A stretch of DNA of 64,000 bases from a virus (lineage: Duplodnaviria > Caudoviricetes), in the IMG/VR virus record IMGVR_UViG_3300028048_000086, positions 53,974 through 117,973 of that record; one strand, given 5' to 3'. This document shows positions 47,400 through 56,569 of the stretch, piece after piece. Numbering within the stretch: position 1 is the first letter of the stretch; every line of letters begins with the position of its first letter. The notes beneath the pieces are model-generated. The model was not told the origin of the DNA, did no database searches, and worked only from the letters and a program-made list of their open reading frames with translations. A program made the translations under genes and the position numbers.

Positions 47400-49100
47400 A
47401 ATCCGGCGGGCATTTATCCCCGTGTTCTCTTCTCTTATAGACTAGTATATTCTCTTATATGGGTAGTAGTCAATAGAGAGTAGATTATAAGTAGGAGAAG
47501 GGAAACTATATTTTCAGGAGGCGAAACCGCCGGAATAAATAGAGAAGAAAAACATACTTATCGCTCAAAACGTACTGGTAAGTAGAATATAGAAAACCAT
47601 GACCTCTCTATAAACATTTAAAAAACATTAACATATTAACCCCTTAGTTCTCTCTATACGATACGCTCTAGACAGATGAATCCCCCTATATATACGGATT
47701 CTTCTCTTGTTCCATATATATAGGGGGATGTCACCCAGTTCATATCTGTCTTGTATAGGAGGCGTTTCTATTTATTCATTACCTCTCCCGTTCTCTATTC
47801 TATATAGACTATGGAGTATATATAGATATCTACTCTCTATCTACTTATAGAGGATCTACGTTATCTACGTTTTTATGGCTCATATTTACGTTTATATGGT
47901 ATTTCGATTTATCGACGGGTGATTATACCCCTGAAATCAAAATATGAGCGTTTTAGAAGCATACACGCTCAAGACGAAGGACGTAGTGGTATTTTTATTC
48001 TAGATCCATATATTTATTGACTTGAAAACCAGTTTTTCAGGCGAATAAATATATAGATTTACTGCCTCCGGAAGCACCCCTGAAAAAGGGGCTAAGTTTT
48101 ACATATGTAACTACCCCCCTATATAGGGGAGGAGACCAAATCCCCGTTTTTCTTTTACATATGTATTACTTCGAGGGTTTTTGAGGGGATAGGGGAGGAG
48201 GCTGCCGAGAGAGTCGACCGTTTTGGTGCTATGTATCAAAAATGCCCGTAAAAAACTCTTAAAGGTACCTAGAATATTCAAGATCGTTCATTTCACCTGA
48301 CAAGCGATCGTAGCCAACTTTGCTTGCATATGAAGCGTTAAATGCTATTAAACGGGCATTCTATCCAAGGGCGGTAATTCTGTCCGAGCGCCCCTGCGGG
48401 GAATATATTTACGTATTTATATAGATAGAAAAACCGTAGTGGAATAAATAAATATATTCCGGATGAATATCCAGGGAGTTTTTTATTCTAGAAAAACTAT
48501 TCTTTGAATATATTTATTCCGAAAAAACTCAATAAACGAATAAATACTCGAAAAAAACTATCTACGGAGAGTAAAAATATAATCGACAAAAGAGGGGTAA
48601 ATGTCGACTAAAATACTCAAAATCACGAGAAGGGTATATAGAGCGTTATTTAGGGGTATAAATCAAAGCGTACGGGTAGGTACCCATGAAGAGATGGAAA
48701 ATGCTCAGAATCGGTTTTTAAGGCTAAAAACGACGAATAGATGGACCGGAACCTAGTTTATGGTCGTATTTATGGTCGTATTTATGGTCGTATGGAACCT
48801 AGTTGAGATATTTATGTATATTTGGGACAAGTTTTTGAGATATTTACGGAGTCGTTTTGGTGGATCTTGGGGTGGAAAGGAGGGGAGTTAGATACGGAGA
48901 GGGAGACAGAAATATATATTTTCGGTGGGTAAGAGAGGGGGTATTCAAGAAAAAATATATAAGTAATCCCTCTCCACACTTTCTTCTCTTCCTACTTACT
49001 TCGATATAGATAGATACTTTCTCCTCCCCCTCCCCCCTTTTCCCCCCTCATATAACTTGAAGCAGTTCTCTCTCTATCTCTATATACTCAAGTAAAAGGG
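47400..49100. other. long AT-rich non-coding region with hairpins and repeats (origin or terminus candidate)
   Basis: No ORF of 60 aa or more; hairpin 47670-47751; TTTTACATATGTA at 48097 and 48153; three tandem TTTATGGTCGTA at 48757-48792. Confidence 0.6.
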
Positions 49101-49218
49101 GAAAGAGATATCCTTCCTAATGAATAACAGTTATTACTTAAAGTATATAAATTTATTCAAGTTAAGGATCATATATCCCGGAGGAGGAGGGGAGGGGGAA
49201 AGAAAGGAGAATAAAAAA

Positions 49219-49737
49219 ATGAATGAAGGAATCATGATCTATCAGGGAGAGGAATATATTTCGGGACCGCAGCTGGCCGCCGAATATAATATCGAGAGAA
49301 CGAAAAATAAAAAGAATAAAGAAAAAGAAGACACTCAGATAACTCCCTATGTTCTCGATACGTTACTGGAAGATAGCGTAAAGAGTCAGACGGTGTATTC
49401 TATTAACTCGTTGAATATATACGTAGAAAAGATGCTCGACTTGGATAAGGGGGATATTATTTCTAAGAGACTTGGGAAAGTAATCAAGAAATATAAAGAA
49501 TCGGGGGAGACGGCGCCGGCCAAAAAGAAAAAAGACAAAGAGCTCCGGGAGGCGCCGAAGAAGAAAATGACGCCGACGGAGAAGATCCGTTCACTGGTGA
49601 AACAGATCGAAGAGCGAGAAGAGAGAAATACCCGATTGAATAAACGTGACCGAGAAGCTATCCGGAAAGAACTTAAGAAACTCGACAAGGTCGGGAAGAT
49701 GAGTCTGGCTGATCTGATCTATTTTCCGGAAGAATAA
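49219..49737 (+). CDS. basic hypothetical protein
   Basis: AAAGGAG RBS before ATG 49219; promoter motif at 49042. Confidence 0.6.
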   Translation: MNEGIMIYQGEEYISGPQLAAEYNIERTKNKKNKEKEDTQITPYVLDTLLEDSVKSQTVYSINSLNIYVEKMLDLDKGDIISKRLGKVIKKYKESGETAPAKKKKDKELREAPKKKMTPTEKIRSLVKQIEEREERNTRLNKRDREAIRKELKKLDKVGKMSLADLIYFPEE

Positions 49738-49775
49738 ACTGGATAAATAAAAGCAGGGGAGGAGGCCCGCCGATT

Positions 49776-50174
49776 ATGAACGCGAAAGAGAGAATACTAA
49801 GAGAAATGAATGAACGAGGTTTCGTCATCGATCCCGTTAGAGTAGACGAAACGGAAGATCCGTACAAGATCGAGAGAAGGAGTAACGAGTTATTCCGGAA
49901 CGATGATATGTATTCGTGGGGCGCGGAATTTGATAGCGTTATCCGGTATATCGATAGTCGGGATCCGCAGGAGCAGGGATATATTCTGACGGGTCTCTAT
50001 ACGTCCATGCTAGCCGATTACGATAAAGAGACGAATACGGAGTACTGGCGCGTGACGGAAGTTTTTGTATGGTCGGGAATCACCGACGAAGAAATCGGGG
50101 TACTGTTAAGTAAGATAGGTATTCCCGAAGGAAAAGGGAATCACAAAGGGATGCTGTCCAGGAAGGCGGCGTAA
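49776..50174 (+). CDS. hypothetical protein
   Basis: 132 aa, GGAGG RBS. Confidence 0.65.
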   Translation: MNAKERILREMNERGFVIDPVRVDETEDPYKIERRSNELFRNDDMYSWGAEFDSVIRYIDSRDPQEQGYILTGLYTSMLADYDKETNTEYWRVTEVFVWSGITDEEIGVLLSKIGIPEGKGNHKGMLSRKAA

Positions 50175-50257
50175 AATATAAATGGAACCGGGAAAACGGC
50201 GAGCCGGAGAGAAAGATTCCTAAGAAATATCGATAATGATAAGGAGATGCGAGAGAA

Positions 50258-50638
50258 ATGAATAATAACAAAGAAAAAGAAAAAATCTACTGCGCGGGCT
50301 TTCTCGTCGCGGAGAGAGACAAACGAGATACGATTATTCAGTCTCTCGTAAATGCGGGCGTAGACAAAGAAGATATCGAACCGATCGAGGATACGATCGA
50401 GTTCTGTGCCGAGGATTTCGACGAGAAGAAAGTTCATGAGTGGCTCGATGATAACGAGAAAGATATCAAAGACTACGAGTTCTACTTTACCGACGGAGAC
50501 CGTCAATGGAGACTCAACCGGGAAGCTGGCCGTGAAAGTCAGATCGGTATCTATCCCTCTACGGCTATCAAACAGCTGCTTCTCGAGGGCTATTCCGCCG
50601 AGGAAGCCCGCAAAATCGTGGATATCATCAGCGTTTAA
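50258..50638 (+). CDS. hypothetical protein
   Basis: 126 aa, acidic. Confidence 0.65.
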   Translation: MNNNKEKEKIYCAGFLVAERDKRDTIIQSLVNAGVDKEDIEPIEDTIEFCAEDFDEKKVHEWLDDNEKDIKDYEFYFTDGDRQWRLNREAGRESQIGIYPSTAIKQLLLEGYSAEEARKIVDIISV

Positions 50639-50650
50639 ACGAGGAGAGCG

Positions 50651-51118
50651 GTGAGTATGAATAGCATTAACTTCGAAATCAGATCTCGCGATAAAGATGT
50701 CATTGAAAAAGACATAAAGAATCTCGTAGATGTCCTGGATGATATTGGCTCCGAGTTTTCGATTGATGATACGGAGAAAGTCGGCGATAAATATTATGCT
50801 TGTTTCGATATGTCGAGCGATCGAGATGTCGACTGGAACGTTATCGAAGAAACGATCCGGCACGTCGCCGAAAGCGAAGTATCCGATTTTATTCACTATA
50901 GCGAAGTGCCGTCTTCTCGAATGACATTTGAACTTTCAGAAGGAGAACGTATTCGCTATGCCGCTACGGTTACGAAACTGATTCAACACGTTATCGAGAA
51001 TGGCGATTCGAAAGATTGCGTAAGGGAACTTATCTACGGCAAAAGGTTACTGGAAAAGCTCGGCGGGAGATACCAGGCTGGAGTCATCCAGAAGAAGCTG
51101 AACGAGGTGTTCGCATGA
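50651..51118 (+). CDS. hypothetical protein
   Basis: 155 aa, GAGGAG RBS. Confidence 0.65.
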   Translation: MSMNSINFEIRSRDKDVIEKDIKNLVDVLDDIGSEFSIDDTEKVGDKYYACFDMSSDRDVDWNVIEETIRHVAESEVSDFIHYSEVPSSRMTFELSEGERIRYAATVTKLIQHVIENGDSKDCVRELIYGKRLLEKLGGRYQAGVIQKKLNEVFA

Positions 51119-51321
51119 TCGATGTATACGACGTAGAGGATGCTATTCGGACGATCCAAAGCTTCTGCGTGCAGTATAGCCGCTGTGTTGACTGTCCTCT
51201 CGCTTTCGTATCGAGAACGGTCGTAAAAGAAGAAGACAACTGGCTAGATTGGGATGAAAGAAAAATCGTTTCCCACGCTTTCTGCCCGATCGCGGATGGC
51301 ACGCTGGTAAATAAGAAATGA
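51115..51321 (+). CDS. small Cys-motif protein
   Basis: ATGA overlap with upstream gene; C..CxxCP..C. Confidence 0.55.
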   Translation: MIDVYDVEDAIRTIQSFCVQYSRCVDCPLAFVSRTVVKEEDNWLDWDERKIVSHAFCPIADGTLVNKK

Positions 51322-51770
51322 TAAGGGGGGTACGGGGGATGGCGAATTATGTTAACGTCTTTCGTTCGAGTTATTTTCGCGTAAAAGACGAGGACAAGTG
51401 GAAAGACTTATGGGAGAATCACGTCGACGGCGAAGATCTGGAAGATTTCTCGTACAAAGATGATGACGGGAACCGATGGCATGGTTTCGGTGGCTCCGGT
51501 ATGTACGGTTACTTTAATAACCGAGAAGCGCTGGAAGATGACGACGAGATGCTTGACCCGGATGATTTTTTCGATAAGATCGCTGAATTGATCATCGGGG
51601 GCGACGCCTGCGTGATTTACTATGTCGGTCACGAGAAATTGCGTTATATCTCGGGAAGCGTGGTCGTCGTTACCGAAGGAAAAGTTCAATATAATAACTT
51701 GGCCGATGTGGCTCATCGTATGATGAAAGCGATCGGCGTCGATCCGAAAACGGTTCGGGAAGAATATTAA
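51318..51770 (+). CDS. hypothetical phage protein
   Basis: MANY..RSSYFRVKD..GHEKLRY. Confidence 0.7.
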   Translation: MIRGVRGMANYVNVFRSSYFRVKDEDKWKDLWENHVDGEDLEDFSYKDDDGNRWHGFGGSGMYGYFNNREALEDDDEMLDPDDFFDKIAELIIGGDACVIYYVGHEKLRYISGSVVVVTEGKVQYNNLADVAHRMMKAIGVDPKTVREEY

Positions 51771-51806
51771 GAAATGAATTAAATAACGTATAAGGGGGCG
51801 GGGGAT

Positions 51807-52082
51807 ATGAATCAGTTCACGTTCATGGGGTATGACGGAGAGATCTTCGAGCATATCAGTAAGTATAAAGCTCGGAAACTTCATGAAGAAGGTCAGGAAG
51901 TCTTCGCGTTAGGAGACAATACGAACCCCTGTAGCGTATGGGTAGAACCGGCGACGATGCGGCCCGAAGATAATTTCGACGAGTGGACGAATTCTTTTAC
52001 GTTCTATCTCCCGAAAAAACTCGGTCGTAGACCGCGCTGGTTTAAGATCGGGGATTCGTCCAGCTGGCATTACGGTGCCTGA
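51807..52082 (+). CDS. hypothetical protein
   Basis: 91 aa ORF in the operon. Confidence 0.6.
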   Translation: MNQFTFMGYDGEIFEHISKYKARKLHEEGQEVFALGDNTNPCSVWVEPATMRPEDNFDEWTNSFTFYLPKKLGRRPRWFKIGDSSSWHYGA

Positions 52083-52107
52083 ATAAATAGAAGGAGGAAG
52101 AATCATC

Positions 52108-52263
52108 ATGAAAGTCCGTTATACGCAGTCAATATGGAATACTGAAAATTATCGTTTCTTCCGCCTGAAAACATGGCTGAAAGCGCTGAATCTTTCGGTG
52201 AAACCTATGAAAGAGGAAAAGACGGAGAAGAAGGATAAGGGGAGCGCCCGCGAAGCGGCATGA
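52108..52263 (+). CDS. 51 aa hypothetical protein
   Basis: Not in the track; AAGGAGG RBS. Confidence 0.5.
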   Translation: MKVRYTQSIWNTENYRFFRLKTWLKALNLSVKPMKEEKTEKKDKGSAREAA

Positions 52264-52373
52264 TTCGATACTATAAATTTTTATGGCTGGCGGTGGAAAC
52301 CGCCCCTCTATTATGGGATATATGTTCAAGAATGGATGGCGGTCGAGGCAAGACCGAGAAAGGAACTAAAGAA

Positions 52374-52754
52374 ATGAGCGAGGAAATCAAGGATAAGAAT
52401 CAGGAAGGCATTCAGCTCTCGAAGGAAGAAGAACTGGCCGCGAGCCGCCTGGCTGGTAGCATCATGGGTAAGCTTTGTTTCGCCGGAGCGAAGGCTTTCA
52501 AAGGAACAGGTTTCCTGTTGGAGAAGAGTACGTCGGTGACGGCGACGGGTCTCCGGATGGCGGCCGCCGGAATTGAGACGGGTGGTAAGGTTTCTTCCGA
52601 TTTCTGCTATAAGCAGGCAGAGAAACTGGAAAACAAGCGAGCCGAGTATGAGGCTGATACGCAGGAAGTGGAAAATGCTCAGAAGAAGCTGAACGATCTT
52701 CTCTCGGAGATGAAAGAAAAGGGCATCACGCCGGTTGTCAGCGTGGCCCAGTAA
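52374..52754 (+). CDS. hypothetical protein, paralog of 45445..45711
   Basis: RLAGSIMGKLC..KGTGF; coiled-coil C-terminus. Confidence 0.65.
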   Translation: MSEEIKDKNQEGIQLSKEEELAASRLAGSIMGKLCFAGAKAFKGTGFLLEKSTSVTATGLRMAAAGIETGGKVSSDFCYKQAEKLENKRAEYEADTQEVENAQKKLNDLLSEMKEKGITPVVSVAQ

Positions 52755-52817
52755 GTATATAATAATAGAATCGGCTTGTAAGAGAAATACAAGAATCATT
52801 TTACTGAAGGGATTGGC

Positions 52818-53012
52818 ATGAGTAAACACATGGCAAAGCTACAGGCAGACAAACTTGACCTCATGGGCGATCATGCGATGGAGAATGGGCAGTTGGCGAC
52901 TGCTGAGCATTGGTATGACAAGGCTGACGCCATTCGCGAGGAATATGGTATCGAGGAAGACATCGGTCCGGGCATGAAGAAAATGCGGGACTTTTTCCGA
53001 AACCTTCGATAA
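52818..53012 (+). CDS. hypothetical protein
   Basis: 64 aa ORF. Confidence 0.5.
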   Translation: MSKHMAKLQADKLDLMGDHAMENGQLATAEHWYDKADAIREEYGIEEDIGPGMKKMRDFFRNLR

Positions 53013-53137
53013 AGGTTTGTTTCGTCCATGTGAGAGATAGATACGAAAAATAAGAACATGAAAAGGCCATTTTTGGTTTTTAACAAACTCCCGACGAGTG
53101 AGAGGAAAGGGAGAGTGAAAGAGATGTGACGATTTAA

Positions 53138-53413
53138 ATGTGTTCGAAGAAGAATAAATATAAGACAACGGAAGGCTTTTGCCCTCGATGCGGAATGCCG
53201 TGGGGATATATGATGGAGGGCGGTATGGCTAGGAATGAATACTCTCTATGCAAGTGTCAGAATCAGGTAGATGAACGCGACTTTACCCGCCAGCATACCG
53301 AAAGCTTGGATTACATGGTATTTCAGCTGAATCAGGAATACTGGGCGAGACGAAGTGAGCGGGCGCGATACCGTGAGATGAAGGAAAAAGAAGAGGAAGG
53401 AGCGGCATCATGA
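53138..53413 (+). CDS. zinc-ribbon-like small protein
   Basis: CPRCG..CKC. Confidence 0.5.
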   Translation: MCSKKNKYKTTEGFCPRCGMPWGYMMEGGMARNEYSLCKCQNQVDERDFTRQHTESLDYMVFQLNQEYWARRSERARYREMKEKEEEGAAS

Positions 53414-53561
53414 AACGGAAAGATGAAAGTCTGTTATATTCAATCGTATACCTAGGGTGCTATCTCCTAGGGAAGAGCACCAGGCCGGTGTCGGCGCTCC
53501 GGAATTTCATGAATATCTGCCGGTACGCCGAAGAGCCGAAGAAATATAGGAAGAGCGCGAA

Positions 53562-54629
53562 ATGAATAAGTACGATGGATGGCGCGTAGAGCTGGGCGGG
53601 GTCGTCAACGGTTATTTCTCCCGCAAGAACTATTTATTCGTGGGAGAGAAGGATTACGATGAGCTGAAGCAGAAGTTCATCGATCTATGTCATAATCGAG
53701 ATGTCTATCAGTGTGCTTATATCTATAAGAACGATGATTATGACCACTGCGAGATGATTGCCAATCCCTACCTGGATTTCGATACAGAAGATATCGAAGA
53801 TCCGGCAGAATGGGAAGAGCTGACGAGAGAAGTCAAGTACGTCCTGAATTATATCGAGTCTTCGATGGGCATCCCGCCGGAAGAACTAAGAGTATATTTT
53901 TCAGGATCCAAAGGTTTCCACGTTATTATCCCGCATGAGCTGATCGGTCTCGCGCCGTCCACCGTATTGAATCAGTCTCTCCGATATTTTGCGCTAGGTC
54001 TAAGTTACGTATTAAACGGCAGAAAAGTTCGTAAGAACTGCATCGACACGGGAATTTATGATCGAAAAAGGCTGATAAGGATTCCGGGAACTATTAATAG
54101 CAAGAGCGGGCTCTATAAGATACCTATATCCATTGACCAGCTATACGATTTCTGCTATAATGACGTAAGAGAAGCGGCGAGAGTCCCCCGAGAAGACCCC
54201 GCCGCGATTCTTACGTATCGATCCGTAGCCCGCGAAGGCTTTTTAGAGATCGTAGAGCTAGGTAAGAGATATGAGGCTGAGAGCACCGGTCGAAAATACC
54301 GTAGGAAAATCAACAAAGAAACTCGTACGGATAAGAAGCTACTCCCTTGCGCAGAAAAATTACTCAAAGAAGGCGCGGAAAGAGGCTCCCGGAATCATTC
54401 GTGCTACGCTCTCGCTTCCAGCCTTCTTCAAGCTGGATACGAAAAAGAAGAAATGGAAGAAGTCATCGTTAAATGGAATGATGACTTGGAAGAACCTTTA
54501 CCCGGTTCAGAGGTCGAAGCTACCATCAAGAGCGCCGAAAAGAATTTCGATAACGGCATGATGGTCGGCTGCGGCAAATACCGAGAACTGGATTTATGTG
54601 TCGATACTTGTTCCTTGCTAAAGGAGTAA
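53562..54629 (+). CDS. archaeo-eukaryotic primase (AEP) with PriCT-like C-terminal domain
   Basis: YLDFD, YFSGSKGFHV, IDTGIY..RLIRIP, EG..RGSRN..WN..PL..EV..TIKSA. Confidence 0.88.
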   Translation: MNKYDGWRVELGGVVNGYFSRKNYLFVGEKDYDELKQKFIDLCHNRDVYQCAYIYKNDDYDHCEMIANPYLDFDTEDIEDPAEWEELTREVKYVLNYIESSMGIPPEELRVYFSGSKGFHVIIPHELIGLAPSTVLNQSLRYFALGLSYVLNGRKVRKNCIDTGIYDRKRLIRIPGTINSKSGLYKIPISIDQLYDFCYNDVREAARVPREDPAAILTYRSVAREGFLEIVELGKRYEAESTGRKYRRKINKETRTDKKLLPCAEKLLKEGAERGSRNHSCYALASSLLQAGYEKEEMEEVIVKWNDDLEEPLPGSEVEATIKSAEKNFDNGMMVGCGKYRELDLCVDTCSLLKE

Positions 54630-54799
54630 GATAAATGCGATGTTCGGGACGCATCCTCTAAATAATGTCCCCTTATTATGGTCCTGCTAGGGGTGACTCC
54701 TCCCGGCAGGGCCGGGTGTGGATCATTGGTAAGAGGTCGCCTATCTCCTGTGTTCCCTTTCATGGTTCGGGGAATATCCTTTCGGCGGCCTCACCTAAC

Positions 54800-54893
54800 G
54801 GGCAGATACTCAAGTGGCTATAAGAGGACAGTCTTGAAAACTGTGAGCTCGTAGTGATACGAGGCGGGGGTTCGAATCCCTCTCTGCCCGCCA
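54800..54893 (+). tRNA. tRNA-Ser(UGA)
   Basis: Cloverleaf, long variable arm, GTTCGAATCC, CCA end. Confidence 0.9.
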
Positions 54894-54943
54894 TTATTTT
54901 TTTAGTTCTATTTCCTAGAGCTCTTCCATGGGAGCTCTTAAAA

Positions 54944-55020
<77 letters not shown>

Positions 55021-55022
55021 AC

Positions 55023-55096
55023 GCGGATATAGTGTAGTGGTAACACCTCAGCCCTCCAAGCTGATATCACGGGTTCAAATCCCGCTGTCCGCTCCA
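55023..55096 (+). tRNA. tRNA-Gly(UCC)
   Basis: TCAGC-CCTCCAA-GCTGA anticodon arm, CCA end. Confidence 0.88.
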
Positions 55097-55185
55097 AAGA
55101 ATATAAAAGCGTAAGCTTTTATATAAAGGTTTACCCCCTATATGAGGTTGATACGCGTCGCTTGCTAAGGCGTATCAACCGTCAA

Positions 55186-55261
55186 GGCTCCGTAGACAAG
55201 TCGGTTAAGTCAGCGGGTTTTCATCCCGCGATCGTCGGTTCAAGTCCGGCCGGAGTCACCA
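55186..55261 (+). tRNA. tRNA-Glu(UUC)
   Basis: GCGGG-TTTTCAT-CCCGC anticodon arm, CCA end. Confidence 0.9.
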
Positions 55262-55265
55262 TTAT

Positions 55266-55340
55266 GCCGGTATAGCACAACGGTAGTGCATCTGACTTGT
55301 AATCAGAAGGTTGTAGGTTCAAATCCTATTGCCGGCTCCA
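55266..55340 (+). tRNA. tRNA-Thr(UGU)
   Basis: TCTGA-CTTGTAA-TCAGA anticodon arm, CCA end. Confidence 0.92.
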
Positions 55341-55346
55341 TTTAAA

Positions 55347-55432
55347 GCCGAAGTGGTGGAATGGCAGACACGAAACGTTTAGGCCGTTTTGAGCGAGAGC
55401 TCGTGCAGGTTCAAGTCCTGTCTTCGGTACCA
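55347..55432 (+). tRNA. tRNA-Leu(UAG)
   Basis: AAACG-TTTAGGC-CGTTT anticodon arm, long variable arm, CCA end. Confidence 0.88.
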
Positions 55433-55437
55433 TTTAT

Positions 55438-55525
55438 GCCTGAGTGGTGGAATTGGCATACACATTGGACTTAAAATCCGACGCTCGCTAAGAGCATACG
55501 GGTTCAAATCCCGTCTCAGGCACCA
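55438..55525 (+). tRNA. tRNA-Leu(UAA)
   Basis: TTGGA-CTTAAAA-TCCGA anticodon arm, long variable arm, CCA end. Confidence 0.9.
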
Positions 55526-55534
55526 TGAAAATTT

Positions 55535-56135
55535 ATCGACGTATCAAACATGAAAGCGAGAGAACCTAGTGCATGAACGCGATGCCACGCGTCTAGGAGT
55601 ATCTGAAGAAACCATACGGATGAGGAGCCTCGGGTGATAGTCCGAGATACTCACGTCAGTTCCTGTTAGGCGAAAGTCGCAGGGCGGCATCTTGAAAGAT
55701 AGATGTTTCCGATAGGATACGTGCTTCTCGCGAAAGAGGATAATGCTCGTTTTGATCGTACGTCCCACAAGAGTTCTTATGAACCGCCAGATAAGGTCGC
55801 GCTTGCCGGCGCGGCATAACTCGCGGCAAAAGGCATCAAGGGATAGGCTATGATGCCGGAGAAATCCGGATATAAGTACGATAGCGGAACGATTAGCGCA
55901 TAGGCCGTTATAATGGTGCCTGAAAAAGGCGAAAAATATAACAATGCTGAATGGTGCGTGAAAGTTGGGAGTCCTAGTCTCCCTCGGATCACCGTGTTCT
56001 TTTAGAACGCGGGGTATAGGAAGCGCGGATTAGCTACCCGTTGCTCAGCCCTATATCGTCCGGTAGCATAATCATCCAGAGTCGTAAGAGGGGTATGGCG
56101 AAAGCTGCTCCCGCTTTCATGTTTGATGCGCCGAT
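55535..56135 (+). ncRNA. ROOL-like large structured RNA (about 600 nt)
   Basis: About 28 bp terminal helix between 55535-55562 and 56108-56135; many internal hairpins; size and tRNA-cluster context match ROOL. Confidence 0.65.
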
Positions 56136-56162
56136 GAGATTGAAAGAGGTATACAGAAACTC

Positions 56163-56348
56163 ATGCCTATTTACAATATGTTTTCTTTAGGAATTTCCTT
56201 CGTCGTATTCTTCTTCCTGGTCTTCGCTATTTCCGTAACGGGATTCATGGCGTATGATCTCGCCTCTTTCGTCGTAGATATTATCAAGGAAAAGAGGCGA
56301 GGAAAGAAAGATGAAGAATCGGACATTTATTTTTATGACAGAAGATGA
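56163..56348 (+). CDS. small membrane protein
   Basis: 61 aa with a hydrophobic stretch; GAGG RBS. Confidence 0.5.
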   Translation: MPIYNMFSLGISFVVFFFLVFAISVTGFMAYDLASFVVDIIKEKRRGKKDEESDIYFYDRR

Positions 56349-56415
56349 ATGGCTCCTGACCGCCTGCGTTATCGCGGCGGCCGCATTCACGTTCTTCTTC
56401 GGTGAATAAATATAT

Positions 56416-56490
56416 CGGGGTATCGTCAAGTGGTTAAGACACGGGACTTTGACTCCCGCATCACCGGTTCAAATCCGGTTACCCCCGCCA
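56416..56490 (+). tRNA. tRNA-Gln(UUG)
   Basis: CGGGA-CTTTGAC-TCCCG anticodon arm, CCA end. Confidence 0.88.
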
Positions 56491-56491
56491 T

Positions 56492-56569
56492 AGGGATATA
56501 GCTCAATTGGTAGAGCAGCGGTCTCCAAAACCGTCGGTTGAATAGGTTCGAATCCTTCTATCCCTGCCA
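56492..56569 (+). tRNA. tRNA-Trp(CCA)
   Basis: GCGGT-CTCCAAA-ACCGT anticodon arm, CCA end; irregular T stem. Confidence 0.85.
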
